Shown: in pieces, positions 25,815 to 35,343 of the stretch
How positions within the stretch are numbered: the first letter of the stretch is position 1
Layout: every line of letters starts with the position of its first letter
NCBI GenBank assembly: GCA_041655935.1
Contig: JBBAEK010000006.1
Location: forward strand, 3,390-67,389
Reading direction: 5' to 3'
DNA length: 64,000 bases
From: Eubacteriales bacterium
GTDB taxonomy: Bacteria; Bacillota; Clostridia; Oscillospirales; CAG-272
Notes under the pieces: model-generated
Seen by the model: the letters and a program-made list of their open reading frames with translations, nothing else
Databases searched by the model: none
What the model was told of the DNA's origin: nothing
Made by a program: the position numbers and the translations under genes

Positions 25815-27626
25815 TCACTCCTCTTCTTCCTCAGGGAACAGAATCTTGTCAATTTCCTCCAGGAAGTACCGGTCGTATTTTCTCAGCTTAGCTTTCGTGA
25901 ATACCGGGTAGCCGAAGTAGTCCACCGTTACCTTTTTCAGATTCTTATTGAGCAGGTAGTAGGTCTGGTTAAACAGCAAGGGCATCACCGGCAGCTCCTC
26001 CATGAGCAGCTCCTCCGCGTCGTGCAGAATGTCCGCCCGCTTTTTGTCGTCCTTCTCCTGCCGAGCGCTCGCAATCAGCTCATCATAGGCCTCGTTTGAC
26101 CAATTGGCGGGGTTTGACTTGATCTGCAGGTAGTCCTCCGACTCGTAATCCATATCGGTGCCGTTGCCGTTCAGGGTGCTGGTCAGGGTGCTCAGCACCG
26201 GCAGGGCATTGACAGACATCATCTGGTAGTCGATGGCGATGACATCAAAGTCTCCGGTTTCATAGGTGAGCTGCAGCTCCGCCTCGGTATAAAACACCCC
26301 GGCATACTCTACCTGCGTTTCGGAAACCCCCTTGATATTCACGCGGTAGCCGAGCTGCTCCCAAATGTCTTTGACATAGAACGCGATTTCCTGTTCTTCC
26401 TCAGACTGCTGGTAGGTGATGGAGAAGGTGCCGCGCGGTGCTCCGATGTCATCCAGCGCGTCATAGGCCTCATCAATGCTCATGCCGGCAGTGCCCGACA
26501 GCAGTGCCCCGCCTTTTTTGCGGAAGGAGGAACGCCGGCTGTTGGTGTTAAAGACCCCCTGCGGGATCAGCCCGGTAGCAGGCTTGGCAAAGACGGCAAT
26601 CTCCGCAATCTGCTCACGGTCGAGCACCGCAGACAAAATCTGGCGCACCTCGGGGTCGGCGAACAGCGGGTTTTCCGTGTTGAACACGTAGGTATAGGTG
26701 GACAGGCGGTCAGCCGTTTCCAGGTTCCGCGCCCGGCTGACTTCCCGACGCGCCTCGGGCGACAGAGAGCCCAGATAAAACACCAGGTTTTGTTCCACAT
26801 ACTCCTGTAACTGCGTCAGATAGTCCCGCTTGGACAGCCCGCTTTCCACATTCCACAGCGTGCGGATGACGGCGGGGGTGACATATTTGTCCACCGGCTT
26901 TTTGGAGTTTGCGGGGCGGTGGTAGTCGGCATTGCGCGCCAGGGTGAAGTAGCCGTAGAGCAGGTTGAAGGTGCGCAGTTTGAACGGGCCGTTGGTGTAA
27001 ATGGTGGTGGCGGACTTCGCCCACACACTGTCCTGCCCCTGCACCACCGCCGCGCGCACCGGCGAGAGCATCACGCTGGCAAGGTTGTACAAAAAGGCGT
27101 CGTAATCAATCTCCCCCTCAAGCGTAATCTCAAGGGTGCGGTTGCTATCCAGCGAATGAATGCCCAGATCATAGACAGTCAGCCCGTCTTCGGCATGCTT
27201 CACTTTCACCGCATTTTTAATGTCAAACAGCAAAGCCGCCGCCGGGCTCTGGTTGGTCGGGTCCAGAATGCGGCGCCACGCGTACACGAAATCGTCCGCC
27301 ATGACGACCTGACCGTCGCTCCAGTAGGATTCCCGTAAGGTGATGTAAATTTTATGGTTGTCCTTGTCAATGTCATAGGACTTTGCGGCGGCCTTCTGCA
27401 GTTTCCCCTTCCGGTCCACCACAAACAGCGGCTCAAAGAGCAGGCTCATCGCGAGCAGGGCATTGTCGTCGGTATACGACATGGCCGGGTCAAAATCAAA
27501 CACTTCATCGTTTAAGTATATGTTGATTTCCGCACCATCCATGACCAACTTGCCGCAGGAAGACAGGGAAAGCAGCGATCCGGCAAGCATCACCATGGCT
27601 AACAGGGCACTCAAAAACTTTTTCAT
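25815..27626 (-). CDS. ABC transporter substrate-binding lipoprotein, family 5 (peptide/nickel, OppA-like)
   Basis: A lipobox is present (LLSLSSCGK). The roughly 600-aa size and composition fit family-5 SBPs. I trimmed the start to MKKFLSAL (ATG at 27626), which follows AGGAG. Confidence 0.85.
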   Translation of the reverse strand: MKKFLSALLAMVMLAGSLLSLSSCGKLVMDGAEINIYLNDEVFDFDPAMSYTDDNALLAMSLLFEPLFVVDRKGKLQKAAAKSYDIDKDNHKIYITLRESYWSDGQVVMADDFVYAWRRILDPTNQSPAAALLFDIKNAVKVKHAEDGLTVYDLGIHSLDSNRTLEITLEGEIDYDAFLYNLASVMLSPVRAAVVQGQDSVWAKSATTIYTNGPFKLRTFNLLYGYFTLARNADYHRPANSKKPVDKYVTPAVIRTLWNVESGLSKRDYLTQLQEYVEQNLVFYLGSLSPEARREVSRARNLETADRLSTYTYVFNTENPLFADPEVRQILSAVLDREQIAEIAVFAKPATGLIPQGVFNTNSRRSSFRKKGGALLSGTAGMSIDEAYDALDDIGAPRGTFSITYQQSEEEQEIAFYVKDIWEQLGYRVNIKGVSETQVEYAGVFYTEAELQLTYETGDFDVIAIDYQMMSVNALPVLSTLTSTLNGNGTDMDYESEDYLQIKSNPANWSNEAYDELIASARQEKDDKKRADILHDAEELLMEELPVMPLLFNQTYYLLNKNLKKVTVDYFGYPVFTKAKLRKYDRYFLEEIDKILFPEEEEE

Positions 27627-27665
27627 GACATACGGCTCCTTTGAACAGGTAATCAAACAACTTTT

Positions 27666-27694
27666 ATTATATCATTAACCCGTGGGTTTTTCAA
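27666..27694 (-). promoter_or_regulatory. Sigma-A type promoter for the family-5 SBP gene
   Basis: On the minus strand: TTGAAA, a 17-nt spacer, then TATAAT. Confidence 0.55.
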
Positions 27695-27908
27695 TCTTTT
27701 TTTTCGGGTCTTGGATTTTTGTAACAATGCACAATTATTTTCGGACAGATTGTTGACCCTTACTAAATAGTATGAACATTTTTTGAGCAAACGGGGTCTT
27801 TTTTGCCCTCCGCCTGCCGCCAAAAAAACAAAAATCTGCAAAACTTTGGTTTGAAAGGGAGACGGACAGGCATACTAAGTGTATCAAAATCTACCCAAAG
27901 GAGCGACC

Positions 27909-28817
27909 ATGGAACAGTCTCACTCTCCCGGGGCACGCCGTATGCCCCATACCGACCTTGCCTACGAACGGCACCGCGCCGACTTGGCACTGCCCGGCGT
28001 CACTCAGAAAGAAACAGCACACGGCTGTGTGAAAATCAGCGAACTGGTCGTGGACTCCGACGAGGGGGCGGCGAGCCTTGGCAAACCAAAGGGCAACTAT
28101 ATCACCCTGTTTCATCCCCACGCATGGTCGATGAGCGCGGAGGAAAAAGAGGTCGTAAAGTCGGTCTTGGGCGAACAGCTCAAGGGGCTGTATGACCGCC
28201 TGACCGACAACCTCCCCATTGAAAACGCCACCATTTTGGTGGTAGGGCTGGGGAACGGGCACCTCACCGCTGACGCGGTCGGCCCCCGTGCCGCGACGCA
28301 CCTGACCGCCACGCGCCACATCAAGGAGCAGATGCCCGAGCTGTTCGCCAAAATGGCGTGCAGCGGCATCAGCGTATTCACCCCCGGCGTGATGTTCCAG
28401 ACCGGCATGGAGGCGGCGGACCTGGTCGCCTGCGCCGCTCAGCAAGCCTCCCCGAACCTCATCATCGCCATTGATGCCCTGGCGGCGCGCTCACTGGACC
28501 GGCTGGCGTCCACCATCCAGTTGAGCGACACCGGCATTACCCCCGGCTCGGGCGTCGGCAACCACCGCCGCGCCATTGACAGAGAGAGCCTGCAAAAGCC
28601 CGTCATTGCCATCGGCGTGCCCACCGTGGTCGAGTCCAAAACACTGGTCGCCGACGCGCTGGAGGCGGCAGGGATTGAGTCGCTCCCCACCTCACTGGAC
28701 GAGGCGCTGGGCGACAGCAACTATTTTGTCTCGCCCAAGGATGTCGATGAAGTCACCGACAACATGTCAAAACTGATCGCCGAGGTGCTCAACGAAGTGT
28801 TCGGCTACCCGGCATAA
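27909..28817 (+). CDS. gpr: Germination protease GPR (spore endopeptidase, family A25)
   Basis: The sequences HTDLAYE, ILVVGLGNGHLTADAVGP and AIDALAARSLDRLASTIQLSDTGITPGSGVGNHR are present. The start is the ATG at 27909, which follows AAAGGAG. Confidence 0.9.
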   Translation: MEQSHSPGARRMPHTDLAYERHRADLALPGVTQKETAHGCVKISELVVDSDEGAASLGKPKGNYITLFHPHAWSMSAEEKEVVKSVLGEQLKGLYDRLTDNLPIENATILVVGLGNGHLTADAVGPRAATHLTATRHIKEQMPELFAKMACSGISVFTPGVMFQTGMEAADLVACAAQQASPNLIIAIDALAARSLDRLASTIQLSDTGITPGSGVGNHRRAIDRESLQKPVIAIGVPTVVESKTLVADALEAAGIESLPTSLDEALGDSNYFVSPKDVDEVTDNMSKLIAEVLNEVFGYPA

Positions 28818-28942
28818 GCGCTTGCCCGCCAAGATGCCCTTTGCCCCGCCGCAACAATACCGCAGGGGCACCCCGTCACAAACACCGCCATCCATGGGAT
28901 GGCCCCCACTTCCCCGGTGTCCGGGCATAGAAAGGAGCCGTT

Positions 28943-29203
28943 ATGTTTCGTTTAATTAAGCGTCTGGTCGTGAGCTGCCTGCTGGCAGCGGTCGCCGCAG
29001 GAATTTTTTTCAGTACCCCGCAAGGGAAAGCCTTCCTGGCAAAAGACAGCTTTTCAGTCGGCGGCATGGACATCACCCTCAGCGACACCCCCGGCAACTA
29101 CCTGGCGGAACATGTCCCCTTCTTTGACCCCTTCAGTGCCGCCGTGGAGGGAATTCGGGCGGTGTGGTCTGCCATTGTCGAGCATACCGCCGACCGGCCG
29201 TAA
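28943..29203 (+). CDS. Small membrane-anchored hypothetical protein (86 aa)
   Basis: A strong RBS (GAAAGGAG) sits 6 nt upstream of the ATG. An N-terminal TM helix is present. I recognised no family. Confidence 0.5.
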   Translation: MFRLIKRLVVSCLLAAVAAGIFFSTPQGKAFLAKDSFSVGGMDITLSDTPGNYLAEHVPFFDPFSAAVEGIRAVWSAIVEHTADRP

Positions 29204-29284
29204 CGGGAACGCTGCCCGCCGGCCAAAAGCCCCCAAAGCCCCCCTCGGAGGGGATCTCGGGTCGCGAAAGAGCGCCGACCGTCG

Positions 29285-30157
29285 TCAGTCAGCGCATCCC
29301 ACAGAGCCGAAAATCTCCATTTTCTCCCTGACCGTCGCCTTGATGGCTTCCACGCCGGGCGCGAGCAGTTTGCGCGGGTCAAACCCTTTGCCAACCAGAT
29401 CCTTGCCCGCCTCGATATAACCGCGCACAGCCGCGGCAAAGGTCAGCTGGCACTCGGTATTCACATTGATTTTCGCTACCCCCAGCGAGATGGCGCGCCG
29501 GATCATCTCGGTGGGAATCCCCGTGCCGCCGTGCAGCACCAGGGGCATCAGACCGGTTTTTTGCTGCACCGCCTCCAGGGTGTCAAAGGACAGTCCCGGC
29601 CAGTTGTCGGGGTACTTGCCGTGGATGTTGCCGATACCGGCGGCCAGCATATCCACGCCCAGGTCGGCAATCATTTTGCATTCGTCGGGGTCGGCAAACT
29701 CACCGCCGCCCAGCACACCGTCCTCCTCACCGCCAATGGACCCCACCTCGGCCTCCAGTGACAGGCCGCGCTCGGCGGCCAGCTTCACCAGCGCCCGGGT
29801 CTTTTCCACATTTTCCTCAATGGGGTAGTGCGAACCGTCAAACATGATGGACGAAAACCCCGCCTCCACGCATTGCAGGCACTCGTCGTAGGTGCCGTGG
29901 TCCAGGTGCAGGGCGACCGGCACGGTGATTTTCAGGGTTTTCATCATTTCCCGTACCATCGCGGCGACGGTGTTGAAGCCGCACATGTACTTGCCAGCCC
30001 CCGCCGACACGCCCAGAATCACCGGCGAGCGCAGCTCCTCCGCCGTGGTCAAAATCGCTTTGGTCCATTCCAAATTGTTGATATTGAACTGCCCCACGGC
30101 ATATTTGCCCGCCTTGGCACGGGACAGCATTTCTTTTGCAGATACCAGCATATTCAT
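29285..30157 (-). CDS. fba: Class II fructose-1,6-bisphosphate aldolase
   Basis: The sequences AKAGKYAVGQFNINNLEW, VPVALHLDHG and VLHGGTGIP are present. Confidence 0.95.
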   Translation of the reverse strand: MNMLVSAKEMLSRAKAGKYAVGQFNINNLEWTKAILTTAEELRSPVILGVSAGAGKYMCGFNTVAAMVREMMKTLKITVPVALHLDHGTYDECLQCVEAGFSSIMFDGSHYPIEENVEKTRALVKLAAERGLSLEAEVGSIGGEEDGVLGGGEFADPDECKMIADLGVDMLAAGIGNIHGKYPDNWPGLSFDTLEAVQQKTGLMPLVLHGGTGIPTEMIRRAISLGVAKINVNTECQLTFAAAVRGYIEAGKDLVGKGFDPRKLLAPGVEAIKATVREKMEIFGSVGCAD

Positions 30158-30200
30158 TCTCCTTTTCAGTCATATTATTCCCATTAGTCACACCGTGTTT

Positions 30201-30229
30201 ATTGTACACGATTTCACCGGAAAAATCAA
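30201..30229 (-). promoter_or_regulatory. Extended -10 promoter for fba
   Basis: On the minus strand: TTGATT, a 17-nt spacer, then TGTACAAT. Confidence 0.55.
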
Positions 30230-30287
30230 GCCAAAACGCACTTTTCGACAGCGCAAACCTTTCCCCGGCGCACACCGCGGCCGAAAA

Positions 30288-30373
30288 GCGCCGCCCCGGC
30301 ACACAAAAAGCGTCTTGCGACGACAGCAAAGCGCCGCCCCGGCACACAAAAAGCGTCTTGCGACGACAGCAAA
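30288..30373. repeat. Perfect 43-bp tandem duplication in the yerC-like/fba intergenic region
   Basis: The unit GCGCCGCCCCGGCACACAAAAAGCGTCTTGCGACGACAGCAAA occupies 30288-30330 and is repeated exactly at 30331-30373. Confidence 0.95.
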
Positions 30374-30388
30374 ATCGCCGCAAGACGC
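30346..30388 (-). terminator. Rho-independent terminator after the YerC-like gene
   Basis: On the minus strand, GCGTCTTGCG (30388-30379) pairs with CGCAAGACGC (30362-30353) across a 16-nt loop, and TTTTTGTGTG follows. Confidence 0.65.
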
Positions 30389-30412
30389 TTTGAGGGTTGT
30401 CTGTCCCCTGCC

Positions 30413-30721
30413 TTAGGTAGGCTGCTCCCCACATGGCGCAGAAGGACGGGAGAGGATGGTCGGATAACCGCCGGGGCCGTGCTTGATACAGCGGGACACC
30501 CGGCTGAGCGTGGCGCTGGAAATATCGGTTTCGGCGATGACCTGCTGGTAGGTCTTCCCCTCCAGCAACATCTTGGCGGCACGGATGCGCTGCAACATAG
30601 ACTCCAGCTCCTTGTACGTGCAGAGGTCGCTGAAAAACGCCTGGCATTCCGCCAGCGTTCTGATCTTGAGCACTTCCTCATAGAGCTCATCCATGGGATG
30701 GTGCGTGTCCTTCTCGGTCAT
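30413..30721 (-). CDS. YerC/YecD-family TrpR-like DNA-binding protein
   Basis: The sequence FFSDLCTYKELESMLQRIRAAKMLLEGKTYQQVIAETDISSATLSRVSRCIKHG is present. An ATGA overlap joins it to the upstream ABC ATPase gene. Confidence 0.8.
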   Translation of the reverse strand: MTEKDTHHPMDELYEEVLKIRTLAECQAFFSDLCTYKELESMLQRIRAAKMLLEGKTYQQVIAETDISSATLSRVSRCIKHGPGGYPTILSRPSAPCGEQPT

Positions 30722-31494
30722 AGCTCTCCTCCTGATTGAAAAACAGTCTTGAGCAGCTCGGGGGTCCCCTCGTCCTTGACCCTGCCGTCCTCCATGAGGA
30801 CCACACGGTCGGCCACACGGGCGGCAAAATCCATGTCATGAGTGACCACAATCATCGCCCGCTCCTCGGAGCACAGGCTGCGAATGACGCGCAGCACCTC
30901 GCCCGTCAGCGCCGGGTCCAGCGCACTGGTCGGCTCGTCAAAGCAAAGTACGGACGGCTCCAAAATCAGCGCGCGCGCAATGGCAAGCCGCTGGCACTGC
31001 CCGCCCGACAGCTCACAGGGGTAGGCGTGGAGCTTCTCTCCCAGCCCCACCTGCCGCAGCATGGCCTCGGCGGCAGCGGTGCTCTCGGCCAACCGCCGCT
31101 TTTTTTCTGCCTGATAGGCACCAAAGGACAGCCGCTGCGCTTTCAGCTTTTCCTTCCACTGCAACTGCAACGGCATGCGTACATTTTGCAGTGCCGTGTA
31201 CTGGGGGAACAGGTTGAAGGACTGAAACACCAGCCCGAAGTTCAGCCGCAGCTCCCGCAGCTCCGCCTTGGTATAGTGCACCCCCGCCTGCCAAATGCAC
31301 TTGCCGTTCAAATGGATGGTGCCCTGATCGGGCAGCTCCAGAAAGTTCAGGCAACGCAGCAGCGTGGTTTTGCCGGCGCCGGAGGCACCGATGATGGCGG
31401 TGATGGTCCCGCGCTCGGCGGAAAAGGACACATCCCGCAACACCTCGGTGGCGCCGAAGTCCTTATACACATGCTCCACAGATAAAAACGACAT
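30718..31494 (-). CDS. Polar amino-acid ABC transporter ATP-binding protein
   Basis: Walker A is GASGAGKTT, the signature is LSGGQCQRLAIARAL and Walker B is VLCFDEPTSALD. Confidence 0.95.
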   Translation of the reverse strand: MSFLSVEHVYKDFGATEVLRDVSFSAERGTITAIIGASGAGKTTLLRCLNFLELPDQGTIHLNGKCIWQAGVHYTKAELRELRLNFGLVFQSFNLFPQYTALQNVRMPLQLQWKEKLKAQRLSFGAYQAEKKRRLAESTAAAEAMLRQVGLGEKLHAYPCELSGGQCQRLAIARALILEPSVLCFDEPTSALDPALTGEVLRVIRSLCSEERAMIVVTHDMDFAARVADRVVLMEDGRVKDEGTPELLKTVFQSGGEL

Positions 31495-31497
31495 TTT

Positions 31498-32142
31498 TTA
31501 CACCTTATAGTAGGAGACTTTTTTCTCCAGAAATTGAAACAGCAGTGTCAGGACACCGATGAAGAGCAGATAGAACAGGGCGGTATAGAACAAGGGCCAG
31601 ACGAGCGCCTTGGTCGTCAATAACTGATTGGCCATAAACATGATTTCCAGCACGGAAATGGTCCTCGCCAGTGCCGTATCCTTGACCAGCGTGATGACCT
31701 CATTGCTGACGGGCGCCAGGATATTGCGGAACACCTGAAACAACACGACCCGCCCGAAAACCTGACCTCCCCGCATCCCCAACACCTGCCCCGCCTCGGT
31801 CTGCCCGACCGGCACACTTTGAATGCCGCCCTTGAAGATCACCGCAAAGTAACAGGCGTAATTGACGACAAAGGCAAGCAGCGCCGCCGGATACCGGTCA
31901 AGCGTGACCCCAAACGCAAAACCGGGCACATAAAAGACGATGAAGAGCAGTAGCATCAGCGGTGTGCCGCGAATGGCCCAGACCACCACATTCATCACCC
32001 CCCGCAGCGGCCGAAAGTTGGAGAGCAACCCAAAGGAGATGAGCAACCCCAGCGGCAGGGAATACAGCAAAGTTTCAGCAAACAGCCGACAGGTGAGCCA
32101 GAAACCATCCATCAGCTCGGCTGTCACTTGAAAAAAAGACAT
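31498..32142 (-). CDS. Polar amino-acid ABC transporter permease (HisM/GlnP family)
   Basis: The protein is polytopic, with an EAA-like loop (TEAGQVLGMRGGQVFGRVVLFQ). I trimmed the start to MSFFQVT (ATG at 32142). The ORF-track start at 32217 is a TTG. Confidence 0.85.
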   Translation of the reverse strand: MSFFQVTAELMDGFWLTCRLFAETLLYSLPLGLLISFGLLSNFRPLRGVMNVVVWAIRGTPLMLLLFIVFYVPGFAFGVTLDRYPAALLAFVVNYACYFAVIFKGGIQSVPVGQTEAGQVLGMRGGQVFGRVVLFQVFRNILAPVSNEVITLVKDTALARTISVLEIMFMANQLLTTKALVWPLFYTALFYLLFIGVLTLLFQFLEKKVSYYKV

Positions 32143-32240
32143 GAGGACCCCGTTTCTCCACCGCCCATAGAATCCCATGCGCAATCCCGGTGGAAGATTG
32201 CGCATGACAGGGGACAATATCAGTCACAACGCAGGAGCAG

Positions 32241-33047
32241 TTATTCGCCGATATCGGGAATCAGGGCATTGGACACGCCATACTTCGCGGCAATCGTGTC
32301 CAGTGTGCCGTCGGCGGACAGGGCAGCAATGGCCTCATTCACCCGGGCGGTGAAATCGCTGCCTTTGCGGAAACCGATGCCGTACTCCTCGGGGGTGAGC
32401 TGGATTGCGCTCACCAGTGCCAGGTCGGCAAAGTCGCCGCTGCCTACCATCGATTGAGCCATCAGCACGTCAATGACGGCAAAGTCGGCGGTGCCCGCCT
32501 GTACTTCCATCAGCGCGGTGGTCTGTGCGGAAACGCCCGTGTATGTCACGACTTCCTCGGAGGCATTCATCCCCTGCACAATCGTTTCGCCGGCAGAACC
32601 GGTCTCCGCCACGGCCCGCTTGCCTTCCAGAGAGGCGGTGCCTGTGTAGGTGTCGAGATTGGCGGCCTTGACCACGATGCACTGGGAGTTGTTCATATAA
32701 CTATAGGAGAAGTCCACCTCCTGGCGGCGCTCGTCATCAATGGTGAACCCGTTCCAGATGGCGTCAATGCTGCCCGAATTCAGCTCCAGGAACTTGCTGC
32801 CCCAATCAATGATCTGGAACTTGACCTCCAGTTCGAGGTAGTCTGCGACTGCCTGGGCAAACTCGGTGTCAAAGCCCACAAGATTGCTGTCATCATCAAA
32901 GTAGTTCATAGGCGCATAGTATGTGATGCCGCATACAAAATACCCTTTGTCTTTGATTGCTTGGTCATCCGATTTTTTCCCGCCGCAGGAAATCAGTCCG
33001 GTCAGCGTCACAGACAGCAACAGGAAGAGAGCGAGTAGTTTTTTCAT
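32241..33047 (-). CDS. Polar amino-acid ABC transporter substrate-binding lipoprotein (family 3)
   Basis: A lipobox is present (GLISCGG). The sequence VDAIWNGFTI...R is typical of family-3 SBPs. Confidence 0.9.
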   Translation of the reverse strand: MKKLLALFLLLSVTLTGLISCGGKKSDDQAIKDKGYFVCGITYYAPMNYFDDDSNLVGFDTEFAQAVADYLELEVKFQIIDWGSKFLELNSGSIDAIWNGFTIDDERRQEVDFSYSYMNNSQCIVVKAANLDTYTGTASLEGKRAVAETGSAGETIVQGMNASEEVVTYTGVSAQTTALMEVQAGTADFAVIDVLMAQSMVGSGDFADLALVSAIQLTPEEYGIGFRKGSDFTARVNEAIAALSADGTLDTIAAKYGVSNALIPDIGE

Positions 33048-33107
33048 GATGAGTATTCCTTCTTTCTCAATGTGTTCAGCACTTTAGCGCACTAAACTAT
33101 TGAGGAT

Positions 33108-33136
33108 ATTATACTTCATCAAACTAAAGTTGTAAA
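33108..33136 (-). promoter_or_regulatory. Sigma-A type promoter for the amino-acid ABC operon
   Basis: On the minus strand: TTTACA, a 17-nt spacer, then TATAAT. Confidence 0.5.
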
Positions 33137-33399
33137 GAGCTTTTTCGAAAAAACTTTATTTTTGTAAATTGCGCACAAAAAGTATTCGATTTCTTGTGCG
33201 AAATTCGTTATTTCCGTCGCTTTGTCAGACCCACATGCCCTTTTTTGTGCTTTTTGAAGTACATCCCGCACCAAAGACCACCGCCCGCCGCTGTTGTTTG
33301 TCACTTTTGCCGTCACAAAAGCGACCTCGCGCGCCGGTCATCCCGCCGCTCGCTGCCGCTCCGTGGTTTTTTGATGGGCGCGGGCATCCCCGCAGGGCA

Positions 33400-35343
33400 T
33401 CAGCCCGCCGACTCGCCCCTGGACGAGTGGCAGACAAAGTACAGAATTTGCCGTCGCTCCGCCAACTTTCGCAGCAGGTCAAGCGCCGCCTCAACGTGTC
33501 GGTCGTCCAGGTTGGCAAAAGGATCGTCCAGAATCATAAACGGCTGCTCCTGCTCAAAGAGCGCGTCTGTCAGGGCAAACCGCACGCACAGAGAGATGAG
33601 GTCCCTGTACCCGCGGCTCAGCGCCTCGGGTGCCCGGCTCGCCCCCTCACGGAACACCGCCACCTCAAAGGTCGGGGTGAGCGTATAGCCCTCCGCCGCC
33701 CCCGCCTCTGCCAGCAGTGCAACATAGTTGCCAAACTTTTGGTGGATGCCCTCGGCATACCGGTTGGTCAGATTTTGTTGGGCTCCTTTCAGCAGGGTGC
33801 TGGTGTGCTGTAAAATCCGGTGCCGCTCGGTATCGACAGCCAGCTTTTCCTGCAGGGACAGCAGTTCCTGCTCCAAATCCGCGCATTGCGAGGCCTGCGC
33901 TTCCTCCCGCGCAAAGCGCCGCTCGAGTGTCAGTCGCTGCTCCACCAGCGCAGACAGCTCCCTTGTCAGGCTTTTCTCCTGTTCCAGGAGGGACGGCAGG
34001 TCGAACGATGTTGCCGGCATCTCCCCGCCAAGGACGGGGTTTTGTCGCCTGTACTCGTCCAGGTTTGCCTGCGCGCTTGCCTCCAATGCCACTTGCAGCC
34101 GGTATTTTTGACACGCCTCCGACAGGGCGCGCAGCTGCGCCCGGAGATCCCCCGTCAAACCATACCCGGCCAACTCATCCCGCAATTGCTGCTCGGCAGC
34201 CCGCACGGCCGAGCCCGCCTGTGACCCTTCTGCTTCCTGCCGACGACGGCGCTGCTGCCTTTGGCGCCACTCATAAAGCGCAAAGACCACACAGGGCACC
34301 ACCAGGCAGAAAAAGAGGATGCGCAGGGCAAGCGGGGGCACCAGCAAGCCCAGAAGCAGGCAAAGCACCCCTGCCCCCAACGCTGCTATGAAGCGGCGCG
34401 GCGACACCGCCTGCCCCTCCCCGGAGCTCTCAGCCTGGGCGCGGAGGCTCTCCAGCCGCGCATAGGCGGCTTGCCGGGCGTCCAGCTCCTCCTGTGTGGG
34501 GACCCGTCCGCCGAACAAGGCGCGCTGCCGCTCAAGTTCCCGCTGCTCGTCCTCCAGCTTCCCCCGCAGGTACGCCTCCTGCTCAAACACACGGTGGAGG
34601 GCTTGGCTTTCCTTGGCGGCGTCTGTCTGAGAGCGCACCTCACCCAGCGTTTGCCGCAGCTGTTGCTGTTGGGCGTCCAACTGCCCTTGCTCCTCCCGCA
34701 AGCCCGACAGCCGCTCGGCGGCGGCGACGGCAGCAGCCAAATCCCGTTGCTTTTCAGCAATTTTGCTTTTGGTTTGGTTGATGCTCCCCTTGTTGCCAAT
34801 GGTCTGGTAGTCTTTGCAGCGCTTGTCCAGGCGGGCAAGGGCGGCCGTCACATCCGCCAGGTCCTGCGTTTCCGACAGCTTGGCCTGAATGTCGGCATAG
34901 TCCCCTTTGTCCGCCGACAACTGCTCGGTGATATACGTGGTGCGCTCGTAACTCTTTTGGTCCATCCAGAACAGCGCCTCTCCCAGCGCCGGCCCGAAGT
35001 CCTCGGAGGGCAGGTTGGTCTCCAGCGAGTAAAGCGCATAGGTATCCTCGCTTTCCCGCCTGCCGAAGGTGCGCTCCACCCGGTACCGCTTTCCTTTTAC
35101 CATAAAGGAGAGCGAGCCGCCGTAAGTACCGCCCTGCCACGGAGTGTACCGCTGCCGCTCGTTTTCAAAGAGGTTCTTGGCACGACTCCCGGGCAGGCCG
35201 TACAGCATGGCCTTGATAAACGCGGCAAGGGTGCTTTTCCCCCACCCGTTTTCCCGCCGGATGGTATGCAACCCCTCCTCAAAGGTACAGGAGAAGTTTG
35301 AGAAATGCCCGAAATTCTGTATGGTGCAGGCCAGTAGTTTCAT
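33400..35343 (-). CDS. SbcC/Rad50-like AAA ATPase (YhaN/SbcE-like) with a central hydrophobic hairpin
   Basis: The N-terminal Walker A is ENGWGKSTL and the C-terminal Walker B is FMILDDPFANLD. Long Q/E/R/A-rich helical arms are interrupted by FIAALGAGVLCLLLGLLVPPLALRILFFCLVVPCVVFALY. I trimmed the start to MKLLACTIQNFGHF (ATG at 35343), which gives a TGATG overlap with the upstream gene. Confidence 0.8.
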   Translation of the reverse strand: MKLLACTIQNFGHFSNFSCTFEEGLHTIRRENGWGKSTLAAFIKAMLYGLPGSRAKNLFENERQRYTPWQGGTYGGSLSFMVKGKRYRVERTFGRRESEDTYALYSLETNLPSEDFGPALGEALFWMDQKSYERTTYITEQLSADKGDYADIQAKLSETQDLADVTAALARLDKRCKDYQTIGNKGSINQTKSKIAEKQRDLAAAVAAAERLSGLREEQGQLDAQQQQLRQTLGEVRSQTDAAKESQALHRVFEQEAYLRGKLEDEQRELERQRALFGGRVPTQEELDARQAAYARLESLRAQAESSGEGQAVSPRRFIAALGAGVLCLLLGLLVPPLALRILFFCLVVPCVVFALYEWRQRQQRRRRQEAEGSQAGSAVRAAEQQLRDELAGYGLTGDLRAQLRALSEACQKYRLQVALEASAQANLDEYRRQNPVLGGEMPATSFDLPSLLEQEKSLTRELSALVEQRLTLERRFAREEAQASQCADLEQELLSLQEKLAVDTERHRILQHTSTLLKGAQQNLTNRYAEGIHQKFGNYVALLAEAGAAEGYTLTPTFEVAVFREGASRAPEALSRGYRDLISLCVRFALTDALFEQEQPFMILDDPFANLDDRHVEAALDLLRKLAERRQILYFVCHSSRGESAG

